64,000 bases of DNA from an uncultured candidatus Brocadiaceae bacterium (GCA_964469555.1 CAYYAQ010000003.1:17982-81981), one strand, 5' to 3'. Shown: positions 17,371-26,559, counted from the first letter of the stretch. Numbers and translations: made by a program. Notes: a model not told the origin generated them from the sequence alone.

Positions 17371-20300
17371 ATGCTGATTCGCCCGCTCACCATTCTCCTC
17401 GCCCTGAGCCTAACTCTCTTCTTCCCAGCGTGTTCTAGTAGTGGAACAAAGCCGGGGGAGACCGGGGTTTGTGGTTCGCAGCCCGGCAAGAACCTGTTTT
17501 GCCTGACGTCCTGCAACCTGGGTTGCTCCCTGGCCGGGTGCAACATCAACAAGATCAGTCAGAACGAACCGATCGAGTTGATCTTCAACCAGGACGTCGA
17601 CAAGTTCAGCGTGCCGCCGTACTCGACGAGCATCCTGCTGCGCACCGCGACGGGTGAAGAGCCCGTGGGCGATTGGCTCGTCAACGGGAACCGCGTGACC
17701 TTCTCTCCCGGCGTGTTGATCTCCGGCGCGAAGACGTTCTTCGGCTTCCGTCCGAACGAGACCTACCACCTCTACATGCCCGCGAGTATCGACCAGCCCG
17801 ACGTGATCCAGTCGATGGGTGGCGATCGACTCTCGACGCCGATCACGTGCACGCTCAACATCGGCAAGATCAAGGACCTCAACCAGGCGCGGCCAGCGGC
17901 GGAACTCATCGTCCCTCTGAAGCTCGCGAAGGGAGTGGACCTCGACACGGTGATCAAGATCGAGTTCAACGAAATCATCGATCCGGCGATCTTCGTGGGG
18001 ATCACGCCCGAGACGAGCCCTATCCGCTACGTCGTGAAGGCTGCCACTCTCGACGCCGAGAAGAATGTCATCTGTCGATCGTCGTCCGAAGCCATTCTGC
18101 TTCCCGGTGAACCGCGCATGACGATCGATCCGGTCCGCAGGATCAGCACCGTGACCTTCAAGCCGAAGGAGAACTTGCCCGGCAAGAAGTGCGTCGAAAT
18201 CCTGGTGACTTCCCAGGTCAAGGACCTCGCGGGAGTCCTCGCCCTCCCACACCTGATGTTCTTCACGACGAGGGACGTGGGCGTCCAGTCGTTCAATAAC
18301 ACGGAGGACTTCACCAGCAGCAAGTTCCTCGACAAGGAGCTTTCCGCCGGGACGTGGGGCAACGGCAAGCTCACGTTCAGCCCGATCGGGGGCTCAGGCA
18401 AGCACGGTGTGTTCGACCCGGCGCTCGGCAAGGACATCAGCGATCCGAAGATCAAGGTCGCGGTCTACGAGTGGGACCTGGACAAGCCTGGTGGCATCAA
18501 GATCCCGAAGATCTATACGACCACGGGCAAGGACGAGTTCGTCACCGACGGACGGTTCGAGTTCTCCAAGATGGAGATCCCCGACGGCGTCGAAGTCCAC
18601 TTCATCGGCTCCCAACCCGCCCGCATCTGGGTGCGGGGCGCGGTTCGCATCGGCGGGCTGCTCGCCTCGAATGGCGAGTCCTTGCCGACAATCGGTCGCC
18701 CGGGATCCGTACTCAGGTTGAAAGCGAAGTCAGCGCTGACCGGTGAGAAGGGTGGTCGCGCTGGCGCGATGGGCGGTTCCGGCGGTGACGGAGGCGACAT
18801 GGGCGGTATGGCCGTCATCACGGCAGGCAACTTCGGCATCGGCACTGAGTACGAAATCGACGCCGTCGGAACCACGGACTTCACGAAGATCGGTGCGGCG
18901 AGCAACACCCTTGGCCTCGTCTTCAAGGCGACCGGTCGCGGCGTGGGGTCGGGCCGGGCGCGTTCCGGTCCGATTGTGCAGGCCGACGGATTCGTCACCG
19001 GATCCCATTACCGGATCCTGACCTTGGGAACGACCGACTTCAGGTTGATCGGTGCTGCGAACAACACGCTCGGCGAGGAGTTCACGGCGACAGGCCGCGG
19101 CGCTGGAACTGGCACCGCACGCCACCTGGACTTCGACGGCAAGCCGGGTCAGGACGTTAACTTCTACAACGAATCCTCGACCGTGCGCCACTTCTACGAT
19201 GGCCAGTACAAGGGCTCGGGCGGGCGCGCCTCGCCGATGTGGCCGCCGTTGGGCTTCAACAACGCGATCAGCTACTCGTACTACTCCGTCATCGCGCAGC
19301 ACGCCAACCGGGGCGGGAGCGGTGGTGGCTTCACGTCGGCTGGCGGCGACGGATACACCCGCTGGATTGGCGCAAACTCTGTGAACGCCAAGTATCTCGC
19401 TCCCGGGAAGACTCCCGGCGGCAAGGGCGCCGCGTTCGCCTCGACGTTCCCCAACTACACGAACGGCTACACGCATCAGGACCACTTCGTGGCCGGTGGC
19501 GCCGGTGGCGGTGGTGGTGGGTCGTCGGCCGGCGGCGCGATCTTGAGCATTGTCGTCGACCGGTGGAAAGCCGGGCGCGCCGGCGGTGGCGGTGGTGGAG
19601 CCATGGCTCTGCGTATCGGCGGCGAGCTTGTGCTGCTGGCCTCTGGTCGACTTCAGGCCCTCGGCGGCGACGGAGCCTTCGACAACAGCAACTTCGCCAT
19701 CCGCGGTCTGATGACCCCGGGCGGCGGTGGCTCCGGTGGAGCATTGTTCCTGCAGGTCAATCAGGCCACCCGCAACGTGGGCTCGATCAGCGTCAAGGGC
19801 GGTATAGGCGGGAGGACCTTCGGCGGCCCTGGCGATCAGGTCTACGCCGGCATGGAGGCCTACGGTGGCGATGGCTCGAATGGCTTGCTCCACTTCGAGA
19901 CGACGCAGAGTCCCAATAGCTATTCGGTGGGCATCACGGTGCCGGCCAAGCCTCCGGTTTCCCTGCTCGATCCGGACGACAAGGACCTTGTGGTCACGAT
20001 TCGCTCCCTCTGGTACGCCGCGAGTCTGCTGTTCCCGCCGGAATTCAAGCGCTACACGATCGAGGCGATCGTCGACAACCAGCGTCGGGTCTACTCCGAC
20101 GACAAGGAGGTCGGCAACCCGGCTGCCCCGCAGTACGACAAGGACTACGCGGGCCTGGCCAACAACGGCTCCCCGATCGTATTCGCTGTCCAGGGCGCGA
20201 AACTCGAACTCGACCCCGCGGGCCAGCTGGCTCCGAAGGCGAACACCGCCATCAAGCCGTTCCGCAAGTACGTCGGGGACCACTCGACGACCGAACCGAC

Positions 20301-20406
20301 CCTCTTCGACGATGGTGCCACCGGCTACCGATTCGAACTCACTCTCGACCGCAGCCTCGGCAAGACGGTCGAGGTCAAGAAGGTCGTTGTCTACTGGGAT
20401 CTGTAG
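17371..20406 (+). CDS. Large glycine-rich lipoprotein, paralog A (putative surface protein, family unknown)
   Basis: 1011 aa. Signal plus lipobox LFFPAC. Cys motif FCLTSCNLGCSLAGC (17500-17541). Two regions with bacterial Ig-like (SbsA/Big_5-type) sequence pattern. Poly-Gly runs alternating with short hydrophobic strands (GGAGGGGGGSSAGGAILSIVV, GRAGGGGGGAMALRIGG, TPGGGGSGGALFLQV). Conserved C-terminal patch shared with paralog B. Confidence 0.8.
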   Translation: MLIRPLTILLALSLTLFFPACSSSGTKPGETGVCGSQPGKNLFCLTSCNLGCSLAGCNINKISQNEPIELIFNQDVDKFSVPPYSTSILLRTATGEEPVGDWLVNGNRVTFSPGVLISGAKTFFGFRPNETYHLYMPASIDQPDVIQSMGGDRLSTPITCTLNIGKIKDLNQARPAAELIVPLKLAKGVDLDTVIKIEFNEIIDPAIFVGITPETSPIRYVVKAATLDAEKNVICRSSSEAILLPGEPRMTIDPVRRISTVTFKPKENLPGKKCVEILVTSQVKDLAGVLALPHLMFFTTRDVGVQSFNNTEDFTSSKFLDKELSAGTWGNGKLTFSPIGGSGKHGVFDPALGKDISDPKIKVAVYEWDLDKPGGIKIPKIYTTTGKDEFVTDGRFEFSKMEIPDGVEVHFIGSQPARIWVRGAVRIGGLLASNGESLPTIGRPGSVLRLKAKSALTGEKGGRAGAMGGSGGDGGDMGGMAVITAGNFGIGTEYEIDAVGTTDFTKIGAASNTLGLVFKATGRGVGSGRARSGPIVQADGFVTGSHYRILTLGTTDFRLIGAANNTLGEEFTATGRGAGTGTARHLDFDGKPGQDVNFYNESSTVRHFYDGQYKGSGGRASPMWPPLGFNNAISYSYYSVIAQHANRGGSGGGFTSAGGDGYTRWIGANSVNAKYLAPGKTPGGKGAAFASTFPNYTNGYTHQDHFVAGGAGGGGGGSSAGGAILSIVVDRWKAGRAGGGGGGAMALRIGGELVLLASGRLQALGGDGAFDNSNFAIRGLMTPGGGGSGGALFLQVNQATRNVGSISVKGGIGGRTFGGPGDQVYAGMEAYGGDGSNGLLHFETTQSPNSYSVGITVPAKPPVSLLDPDDKDLVVTIRSLWYAASLLFPPEFKRYTIEAIVDNQRRVYSDDKEVGNPAAPQYDKDYAGLANNGSPIVFAVQGAKLELDPAGQLAPKANTAIKPFRKYVGDHSTTEPTLFDDGATGYRFELTLDRSLGKTVEVKKVVVYWDL
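18841..19122 (+). repeat. Intragenic tandem duplication (two 41-aa units, 53-aa period) inside paralog A
   Basis: GTEYEIDAVGTTDFTKIGAASNTLGLVFKATGRGVGSGRAR (18841-18963) versus GSHYRILTLGTTDFRLIGAANNTLGEEFTATGRGAGTGTAR (19000-19122): 26/41 identical by hand alignment. I found no counterpart in paralog B. Confidence 0.8.
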
Positions 20407-20465
20407 CCGTCGCCTCTGAACGAACCCGTATTACATACACCCCCCCCAAACCTAGTCTGACTCTC

Positions 20466-23150
20466 ATGCATCCTAGATCTATTATCAGCGCGTTGGCCTT
20501 GACCGCCCTCGCACTCGTCGGTTTTGGCTGTAGCGGCGGCGGCAGCGCGTCCGGTTTGAGCATCAAGGGGGCGTGCATGGACGGTGTGTTCTGCCTCACG
20601 AGTTGCAGCCTGGGTTGTACGAATCAAGGCTGTTCGGTGACGGACATCGCGCCCAACCAGCCGATTCGTCTCACGTTCAGTCAGCACGTCGACCTGACGA
20701 CCGTGGACTTCTCGACGATCTCCATCAAGACCGCGAGTGGCCGCACCCCAGAGGGCCGGTTCGTCGTCACGGGCAACATCGTCGAGTTCAAACCGGAGAT
20801 CAAGATCACCGGTGGCAAGACCGCTTTCGGTTTCATCGCCAACGAGACGTACCTGCTCAACCTCCCGGATGCGGGGGAGAGCGGCCAGGTGTTGAAGTCC
20901 ATCTCCGGCAATGCGTTGTCCACGCCGCTGGTGTGCAGTCTTCGCGTGTCGCAGAAGGTCGTCGACATCGACGGCGCCCCGCCGAAGGGTCGGTTGATCA
21001 CCCCGGTAGACGGCGCGACCAATGTTCCGAAGGACACCGTCATCGTTATCGAGTTCAGCGAGATCATCGACATCGCCCCGTTCCAGGGCGCGACGACTCA
21101 GACGAGCCCGGTGCAGTACCTGATTCGCAAGACGAAGCAGAAGCCAGGTGGTGCTCCGAACGAGCGTGTGTGTGACCAGAACTCCAACCGTCAGACGTTG
21201 GAAGGCCTGCCGCAGGCGGAGAACGATCCGATTCGAGGGGTCACGACCGTGACCCTGCGACCGACGGTTCCGTTGCCCAGCCAGATTTGCATCGAGGTCG
21301 TTGTGACAAGTCAGGTTCGCGACCTCTCGGGCAAGCCCGCCATCGAGAACAGCGAGAGCTTCACCACGCAGATCCTGGTCGCCGGCGAAGGCGAGATTCG
21401 CGAGCGGTTCAACACGGATGGACAGCTCGACAAGACGACTTCGAGTGGTCGCTGGAGTGGCGGCAAGGCCCTTCCGCCGCAGATCGGTGGCACGGGCGTC
21501 CTCGGCGAGTTCAACATCAGCGCGGGCAAAGCCGATCCCGCCAACCCGAACCGCTACGTGTGGAACACCGACTCGCAGAAGATCCCGGGCGCGTTCACGC
21601 CGACTGGCAAGGACATCATCGTCACTGGCGGAATCTTCGAATTCACCCGATTCGTTCTCGGCGCGGACCTCACCATGGTGTTCGAAGGCTCGAACCCCGT
21701 GCAGATCCGCGTACGCGGCGAGGCCATCATCGAGGGTCGTATCCACGCGAACGCTCCGGTGGCGCTGTACTTCGCCGCTGCTCCGACTCCCGGGACGCCC
21801 GTTGAGTTCGGGCAGAATGGCACCCTCGGCAACTGTGGTGGTGCCAAGGGTGGTCAGGGCGGCGACTCGTGCCAGAACAAGGGCACCGGTCCCAAGTTCG
21901 CCGGTCGCGCGGGCGAGGTCGTGAGGCTTCCGAGCGGCAATGCCTACAAGGTCGAATCCGCTACTACCGGCGGCAAGGGCGGTCCGTTCTTCCCCGCGAC
22001 GGGCGTGAACACCGACTACTGCGCGTTGACCGGCGTGTTCTGCGGCGTGGTCGGTACGGGTGGTGGTGGCGGGGGCTTCTCCCTGGTTGGGAAGAAGGGT
22101 TTCGTCACGCAGGATCCGTGCAACCTGGCCAGAAACCGGGGCGTCTCGGGCAACACCGGCGGCGGCACGTTTGACATCGGCTCCCTGAACCGTACGAACA
22201 AGACCGACCCGAACGGTTCGGTCAACTTCTACGGCGTCGGCGGATCGGGCGGCGGCGGTGGTGGTTCCCACCCGTTGCTCTCGCGCGGTTTCCCGTTCGA
22301 CAAGTGGCTTCCCGGGAGTGCGGGAGCTGGCGGTGGTGGCATCGTCATCATCCGCGTCGGCGGAGACCTGACCATGAACGGCCAGGCCACGATCCAGGTG
22401 AAGGGTGGCCGCGGCTACACCATCGACGCCGTGAGGCGCTTCCCCGAACCGAACGACAACCTCTTCAACGTTCCGACGCCTGGTGGCGGCGGTTCCGGTG
22501 GGGCCATCCTCTGCCAGGTGTTTGGCGCGACGAAAATGGCGGGCCTCCTCGACTGTTCCGGTGGCGACGGCGGCATCCTCGACAACTCCCCGACGAACCA
22601 GTTCGGTCTCCGGGCCAAGGCTCGCGGTGGTGATGGTGGAGCCGGTTACTACCGTCTCGAGACACCGAATGGTCCGACCGTCATCGACATCGGCTCTGGC
22701 ATCCCGGCCGCGAAGGCGGGGAACGGCGGAATCTTGACCGACTTCGAGTCCAAGGGCGTTTCCCAGTCGCTCTTCTACGCGACCAAGTTGACGTTCCCAC
22801 CGACCTTCCTGCGCTACACCCTGGAAGTCGAGATCAATGGCATCCGCAAGGTCTACTCGGACGACACCGAAGTCGGCAACCCGGCTGCCAAGCAGTACGA
22901 CAAGGACTACGCGGGCGTTGCAGGCCCGAACGAGCCGGTTTATCTCCAGCTGCAGGGTGCCAAGGTCAGTACGGTGACCGGCAAGCCTGACCTCGTCACG
23001 CTTGGCCCATGGCGCGATTACGTAAATAGGAAGGGCAATCAGGGTCTCAACGACGACGAGGCTACCGGATGCCGTTTCCGTCTGACGTTCGACTCGACCG
23101 GCACGACCTCGCTCGTGGTGAAGCGCGTCTCGGTGTTCTTCATCGAGTAG
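20466..23150 (+). CDS. Large glycine-rich lipoprotein, paralog B
   Basis: 894 aa, 59 nt downstream of paralog A. Lipobox LVGFGC. Same Cys spacing FCLTSCSLGCTNQGC (20592-20633). Collinear similarity to A along the N-terminal Ig-like parts, the FEF...VRG segment, poly-Gly strands (TPGGGGSGGAILCQV) and the C-terminal VYSDDTEVGNPAAKQYDKDYAG. Confidence 0.8.
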   Translation: MHPRSIISALALTALALVGFGCSGGGSASGLSIKGACMDGVFCLTSCSLGCTNQGCSVTDIAPNQPIRLTFSQHVDLTTVDFSTISIKTASGRTPEGRFVVTGNIVEFKPEIKITGGKTAFGFIANETYLLNLPDAGESGQVLKSISGNALSTPLVCSLRVSQKVVDIDGAPPKGRLITPVDGATNVPKDTVIVIEFSEIIDIAPFQGATTQTSPVQYLIRKTKQKPGGAPNERVCDQNSNRQTLEGLPQAENDPIRGVTTVTLRPTVPLPSQICIEVVVTSQVRDLSGKPAIENSESFTTQILVAGEGEIRERFNTDGQLDKTTSSGRWSGGKALPPQIGGTGVLGEFNISAGKADPANPNRYVWNTDSQKIPGAFTPTGKDIIVTGGIFEFTRFVLGADLTMVFEGSNPVQIRVRGEAIIEGRIHANAPVALYFAAAPTPGTPVEFGQNGTLGNCGGAKGGQGGDSCQNKGTGPKFAGRAGEVVRLPSGNAYKVESATTGGKGGPFFPATGVNTDYCALTGVFCGVVGTGGGGGGFSLVGKKGFVTQDPCNLARNRGVSGNTGGGTFDIGSLNRTNKTDPNGSVNFYGVGGSGGGGGGSHPLLSRGFPFDKWLPGSAGAGGGGIVIIRVGGDLTMNGQATIQVKGGRGYTIDAVRRFPEPNDNLFNVPTPGGGGSGGAILCQVFGATKMAGLLDCSGGDGGILDNSPTNQFGLRAKARGGDGGAGYYRLETPNGPTVIDIGSGIPAAKAGNGGILTDFESKGVSQSLFYATKLTFPPTFLRYTLEVEINGIRKVYSDDTEVGNPAAKQYDKDYAGVAGPNEPVYLQLQGAKVSTVTGKPDLVTLGPWRDYVNRKGNQGLNDDEATGCRFRLTFDSTGTTSLVVKRVSVFFIE

Positions 23151-23245
23151 TAGAAGCAGCCGAATCGGCGGAACTCGAGAGGCCGGACATCCGATCGCGG
23201 GTGCTCGGCCTCGTGCTTTGTGGCCCGGGCCGGTTCAATGTCACG

Positions 23246-24421
23246 ATGGACCAAGAGCGGGTTCAGAGATTTCGTGCCCGGTTCCTCTGGGTGGAACCAG
23301 CGCGTTGTTACGCACCCGGCGAGCTTCGCGTGTTGGGTGGACGCGTTGTGGGGGCAGGTCCAGCGCGCGGTGGGCGAATTCCCGCGCGGGCCATCCTCCC
23401 GGGCCTGGTCGATGCGCACGTGCACCTGCAGATCTCACCACTCGCGCGGGCGAGGCGGCAGTTTCTTCCGTGGGTTCAAGACGTGATGCGAATTCGTTCT
23501 GAGAGCGCCGTCGCGGATCATGCAAGGCTCGCCGTCGCCGCGATCCGTTCGCTGCTTGCCGACGGGGTCACGGCGGTTGGCGAAGTCGATTCGACCGGTC
23601 TCTCCCCACAGGTGCTGCGCGAGTTCCCGGTGGGTGGTGTGTGCTACCAGGAACTCACTGGGTTCCACCTCGGCGGAGCCGCGTCATCGGATCTCGTGAG
23701 ACGCAGAGAAACGCCGGGCTCGCGACACTGCCGGTCCGGTCTCTCGCCGCACGCGCCGTACTCCGTCTCCCGAGCCCTCTTTCGCGCGGCGCGTGCGCGT
23801 CGCGTCCCCCTCGCAGTGCACGTTGCGGAGACGCTCGAAGAGGTCCAGTTCCTCCGGCGTGGAAGCGGTCCGTTTCGCGAACTCCTCGAGAGTTTGGGTC
23901 GGCTCCCCGATGGCTATCGACCGCCCGGCATCGGTCCGGTCGCGCTGCTGGACCGTTTCGGACTCTTGTCGGAGAGTACCGCGTTGATCCACTGCCAGCA
24001 CATGACTCGCGAGGAGGCCAGCCTGGTAAACCGGCGGCGGGCACCCGTCGTCGTGTGTCCAGGTACCATCGACTACTTTCGACGGACCCCACCGCCGGTT
24101 CCCGCGTGGCTGAAGGCGGGGATCCGGGTTGGGCTGGGCACCGACTCCCTCGCGAGCAATACGCGCATGTCCCTCAGGCACGAGTTGACGCTGGCGCGTC
24201 GGATGTGGCCCTCGCTGTCCCCCGAGACATTGTTGTCGATGGCTACGGTTCACGGTGGCGCCGCGCTCCGATCACGAGGGCTGGGCACGCTGCGGCGAGG
24301 TGCGCCGGCGAGCTTCGTCACGCTACCGTTCGATCGAGATGTCCAGACATGTATCGAGGCGTTCACGACGGGCGAACTGGCACCGGACGGAGTCTTCTTG
24401 CGCGGAACCAGGATCCCGTAG
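23246..24421 (+). CDS. Amidohydrolase-superfamily enzyme (ATZ/TRZ chlorohydrolase / nucleoside-deaminase-like)
   Basis: Start moved to ATG 23246; the ORF-track start at 23069 overlaps the upstream gene. PGLVDAHVHLQ (HxH metal motif), HAPYS, AVHVAE, IHC, GLGTDS: the pattern of MTA/SAH- or aminofutalosine-deaminase-type amidohydrolases. Substrate not assignable. Confidence 0.7.
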   Translation: MDQERVQRFRARFLWVEPARCYAPGELRVLGGRVVGAGPARGGRIPARAILPGLVDAHVHLQISPLARARRQFLPWVQDVMRIRSESAVADHARLAVAAIRSLLADGVTAVGEVDSTGLSPQVLREFPVGGVCYQELTGFHLGGAASSDLVRRRETPGSRHCRSGLSPHAPYSVSRALFRAARARRVPLAVHVAETLEEVQFLRRGSGPFRELLESLGRLPDGYRPPGIGPVALLDRFGLLSESTALIHCQHMTREEASLVNRRRAPVVVCPGTIDYFRRTPPPVPAWLKAGIRVGLGTDSLASNTRMSLRHELTLARRMWPSLSPETLLSMATVHGGAALRSRGLGTLRRGAPASFVTLPFDRDVQTCIEAFTTGELAPDGVFLRGTRIP

Positions 24422-24488
24422 CCCAAAGTGGTTCAGGCTAGCCTGCCCGGTTAGTATCCTCTGCGACTCGTATCCGCTTGACAGCCAC

Positions 24489-25460
24489 TTGATCGAACCG
24501 TTCCTGGATCTCTTGCGCAGCCCCAGAAAGTTCTTGCTCAGTGGGCACGAGCATCCGGACGGAGACTGCATCGGCGCGGAAGTGGCTCTGTATCACCTGA
24601 TCCAGGCGATCGGAGGCGACGCGAACATCGTCAATCCGGATCCCGTCGCGCGCAGCTTGCGGTTTCTGCAAGATCGCACACCGATCAGCAACTATCGAGA
24701 GCTTCAGGCCTTGCCACCGTTCGACGTGTTCGTCTTGCTGGACTGCGCGATGCTGTCTCGACTCGGCGACATGCAGGATGCGGTTTGTGAGACCTCGGCG
24801 GAGATCGCGGTCCTCGATCACCACGTCGGCAGCGAGTTCGGCGACGGGTCGATCAACTACGTGGACGTGACCGCGGCGGCCAGCGGCGTGCTTGTCTACG
24901 ATCTCTACCGGGCGCTCGATGTCGAAGTCCAGGAAGCCGCGGCTGAAGCGATCTTCGTGTCGATCGTCTCCGACACCGGGTGGTTTCGGTACTCGAACAC
25001 GGATCAACGCACGATGTCGATCGCGGCGGAGATGATCCAGAAGGGTGTGAAGCCGGATCTGCTCTACGACAGGTTGTTCCGCGCGAATGATCCGCAGTCC
25101 GTCTCGTTGCTGTCCGAGGCGCTGAAGACGCATGAGTTCCGCCTGCGAGGTCGATATGTGTTCGCTACGCTCGATCAGAGCCTGATGGGCCGCATCATCC
25201 GCCAGGGGTTCGACACCGACGGCGTGCTAGAGCCGCTCCGGTCGGTCGAGGGCATCGAAGTCGCCGCCCTGTTCAAGGTCCATTCTCAGGGCGTCAAGTT
25301 GTCGCTTCGCGCGATGGGCGACGTCGACGTGCAAGCGATCGCCGCAGTGTTTGGTGGGGGAGGGCACGTCAAGGCTGCCGGCGCCACGATGCAGATGCCT
25401 CTGCGGGACGCGATCGCGGCAGTCGAGCGAGAAGTCAGCCGGGCCTTGAATGGGACGTAG
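24489..25460 (+). CDS. DHH/DHHA1 phosphoesterase, NrnA-like (oligoribonuclease / pAp phosphatase family)
   Basis: FLLSGHEHPDGDCIGA, VLDHH, SIVSDTGWFRYSNT, and C-terminal GGGGHVKAAGA (DHHA1 GGGH motif). There is no ATG after the upstream stop; TTG 24489 is the best in-frame start, and it is uncertain. Confidence 0.7.
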   Translation: MIEPFLDLLRSPRKFLLSGHEHPDGDCIGAEVALYHLIQAIGGDANIVNPDPVARSLRFLQDRTPISNYRELQALPPFDVFVLLDCAMLSRLGDMQDAVCETSAEIAVLDHHVGSEFGDGSINYVDVTAAASGVLVYDLYRALDVEVQEAAAEAIFVSIVSDTGWFRYSNTDQRTMSIAAEMIQKGVKPDLLYDRLFRANDPQSVSLLSEALKTHEFRLRGRYVFATLDQSLMGRIIRQGFDTDGVLEPLRSVEGIEVAALFKVHSQGVKLSLRAMGDVDVQAIAAVFGGGGHVKAAGATMQMPLRDAIAAVEREVSRALNGT

Positions 25461-25462
25461 GC

Positions 25463-26212
25463 GTGAGCACGTTTGCCCTCATCTCTGACCTGCACAGCAA
25501 CCTGCCAGCGCTCGAAGCTGTTTTTCGTCGGATCGATGAACTCGGCGTCGAGGAAGTCAACTGCCTGGGTGACGTCGTCGGCTACGGCGCCGAACCGGAT
25601 CCGTGTGTCCGTCTCGTGATGGAGCGCTGCAACTGGACGTTGCAGGGCAACCATGACTGGGGACTGTTTCACGACCCAGCGGAGTTCAATCCCCTGGCGA
25701 GCGAAGCCCTCGCCTACACGCGCAAGATCCTCCGCCCCACGATCTTCACTCCGCGACGGCGCGGCCCCTGGAATTTCCTTCAAGATCTACCAGATCGGCT
25801 CGCCGACCACGGCTACCTGTTCTTCCACGGTTCGCCGCGGGATCCCGTCATGGAGTACGTGCTCCGGACCGACGAGCACTTCGATCCCGAGAAGCTCGTT
25901 GAGAACTTCAAGCTGATCGATCGACCATCTTTCGTCGGGCATACCCACTACCCGGGGATCACGCGCGCGGACTTGCACTTCACCCCGGCGACCGACGAGG
26001 AGAGGGTCTTCAAGTTGGACGGTCCCTGCATCGTGAACGTGGGGAGTGTTGGACAGCCTCGCGACGGGGACCCGCGGGCGAGTTTCGCCGTGGTCTCGGG
26101 TCGCGAGGTCGAGATTCATCGCGTGCCCTACGACTACCACAAGACCCAGGCGAAGATCCTCGCTGCCGGACTCCACCCGGCCCTTGCCGATCGGCTTGGG
26201 CGCGGAAAGTGA
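25463..26212 (+). CDS. Calcineurin-like metallophosphoesterase
   Basis: GTG start 2 nt after the upstream stop. ISDLHSN, CLGDVVGYG, GNHD, FFHGSP, GHTH: the canonical metallophosphoesterase motif series. Confidence 0.75.
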   Translation: MSTFALISDLHSNLPALEAVFRRIDELGVEEVNCLGDVVGYGAEPDPCVRLVMERCNWTLQGNHDWGLFHDPAEFNPLASEALAYTRKILRPTIFTPRRRGPWNFLQDLPDRLADHGYLFFHGSPRDPVMEYVLRTDEHFDPEKLVENFKLIDRPSFVGHTHYPGITRADLHFTPATDEERVFKLDGPCIVNVGSVGQPRDGDPRASFAVVSGREVEIHRVPYDYHKTQAKILAAGLHPALADRLGRGK

Positions 26213-26219
26213 ATTCCAA

Positions 26220-26549
26220 ATGAGTGCGGATGACGACAGCGTGTTCCTCGTCCTGTGCACCGCACCGGAGAATGAGGCTGCCACTCTCGCCGATCAACTC
26301 CTCGAGGAGAGACTCGCTGCGTGCGTCAACCTCATCGGACCGATGACTTCGCGGTACCGTTGGGAAGGTCGGATCGAGGAGGGAAGGGAGATGCTCCTCC
26401 TCCTCAAGACGACGGCGGGAAAGAAGTCCGCTCTGCGGCGTCGCATCGTCGACCTGCATAGCTACTCGGTTCCCGAGGTGCTCGAGTTCGCGGTGGACTC
26501 GGGATTGCCGGCGTACCTGGGCTGGGTCGCTGATTCTTGCGAAAGCTGA
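26220..26549 (+). CDS. cutA: Divalent-cation tolerance protein CutA
   Basis: 109 aa from internal ATG 26220. LVLCTAPENEAATLADQLLEERLAACVNLIGPMTSRYRWEGRIEE...LLLLKT...HSYSVPEV matches the CutA1 fold signature. Confidence 0.8.
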   Translation: MSADDDSVFLVLCTAPENEAATLADQLLEERLAACVNLIGPMTSRYRWEGRIEEGREMLLLLKTTAGKKSALRRRIVDLHSYSVPEVLEFAVDSGLPAYLGWVADSCES

Positions 26550-26559
26550 CAGTCGAGCC

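Noticed and set aside
18730-22271. Two long minus-strand ORFs (18730-20283 and 20391-22271) antisense to the giant lipoprotein genes.
   Set aside because: Same GC artefact. The plus-strand frames carry signal peptides, lipoboxes, and mutually conserved collinear sequence between the two paralogs. The antisense translations share nothing recognisable.
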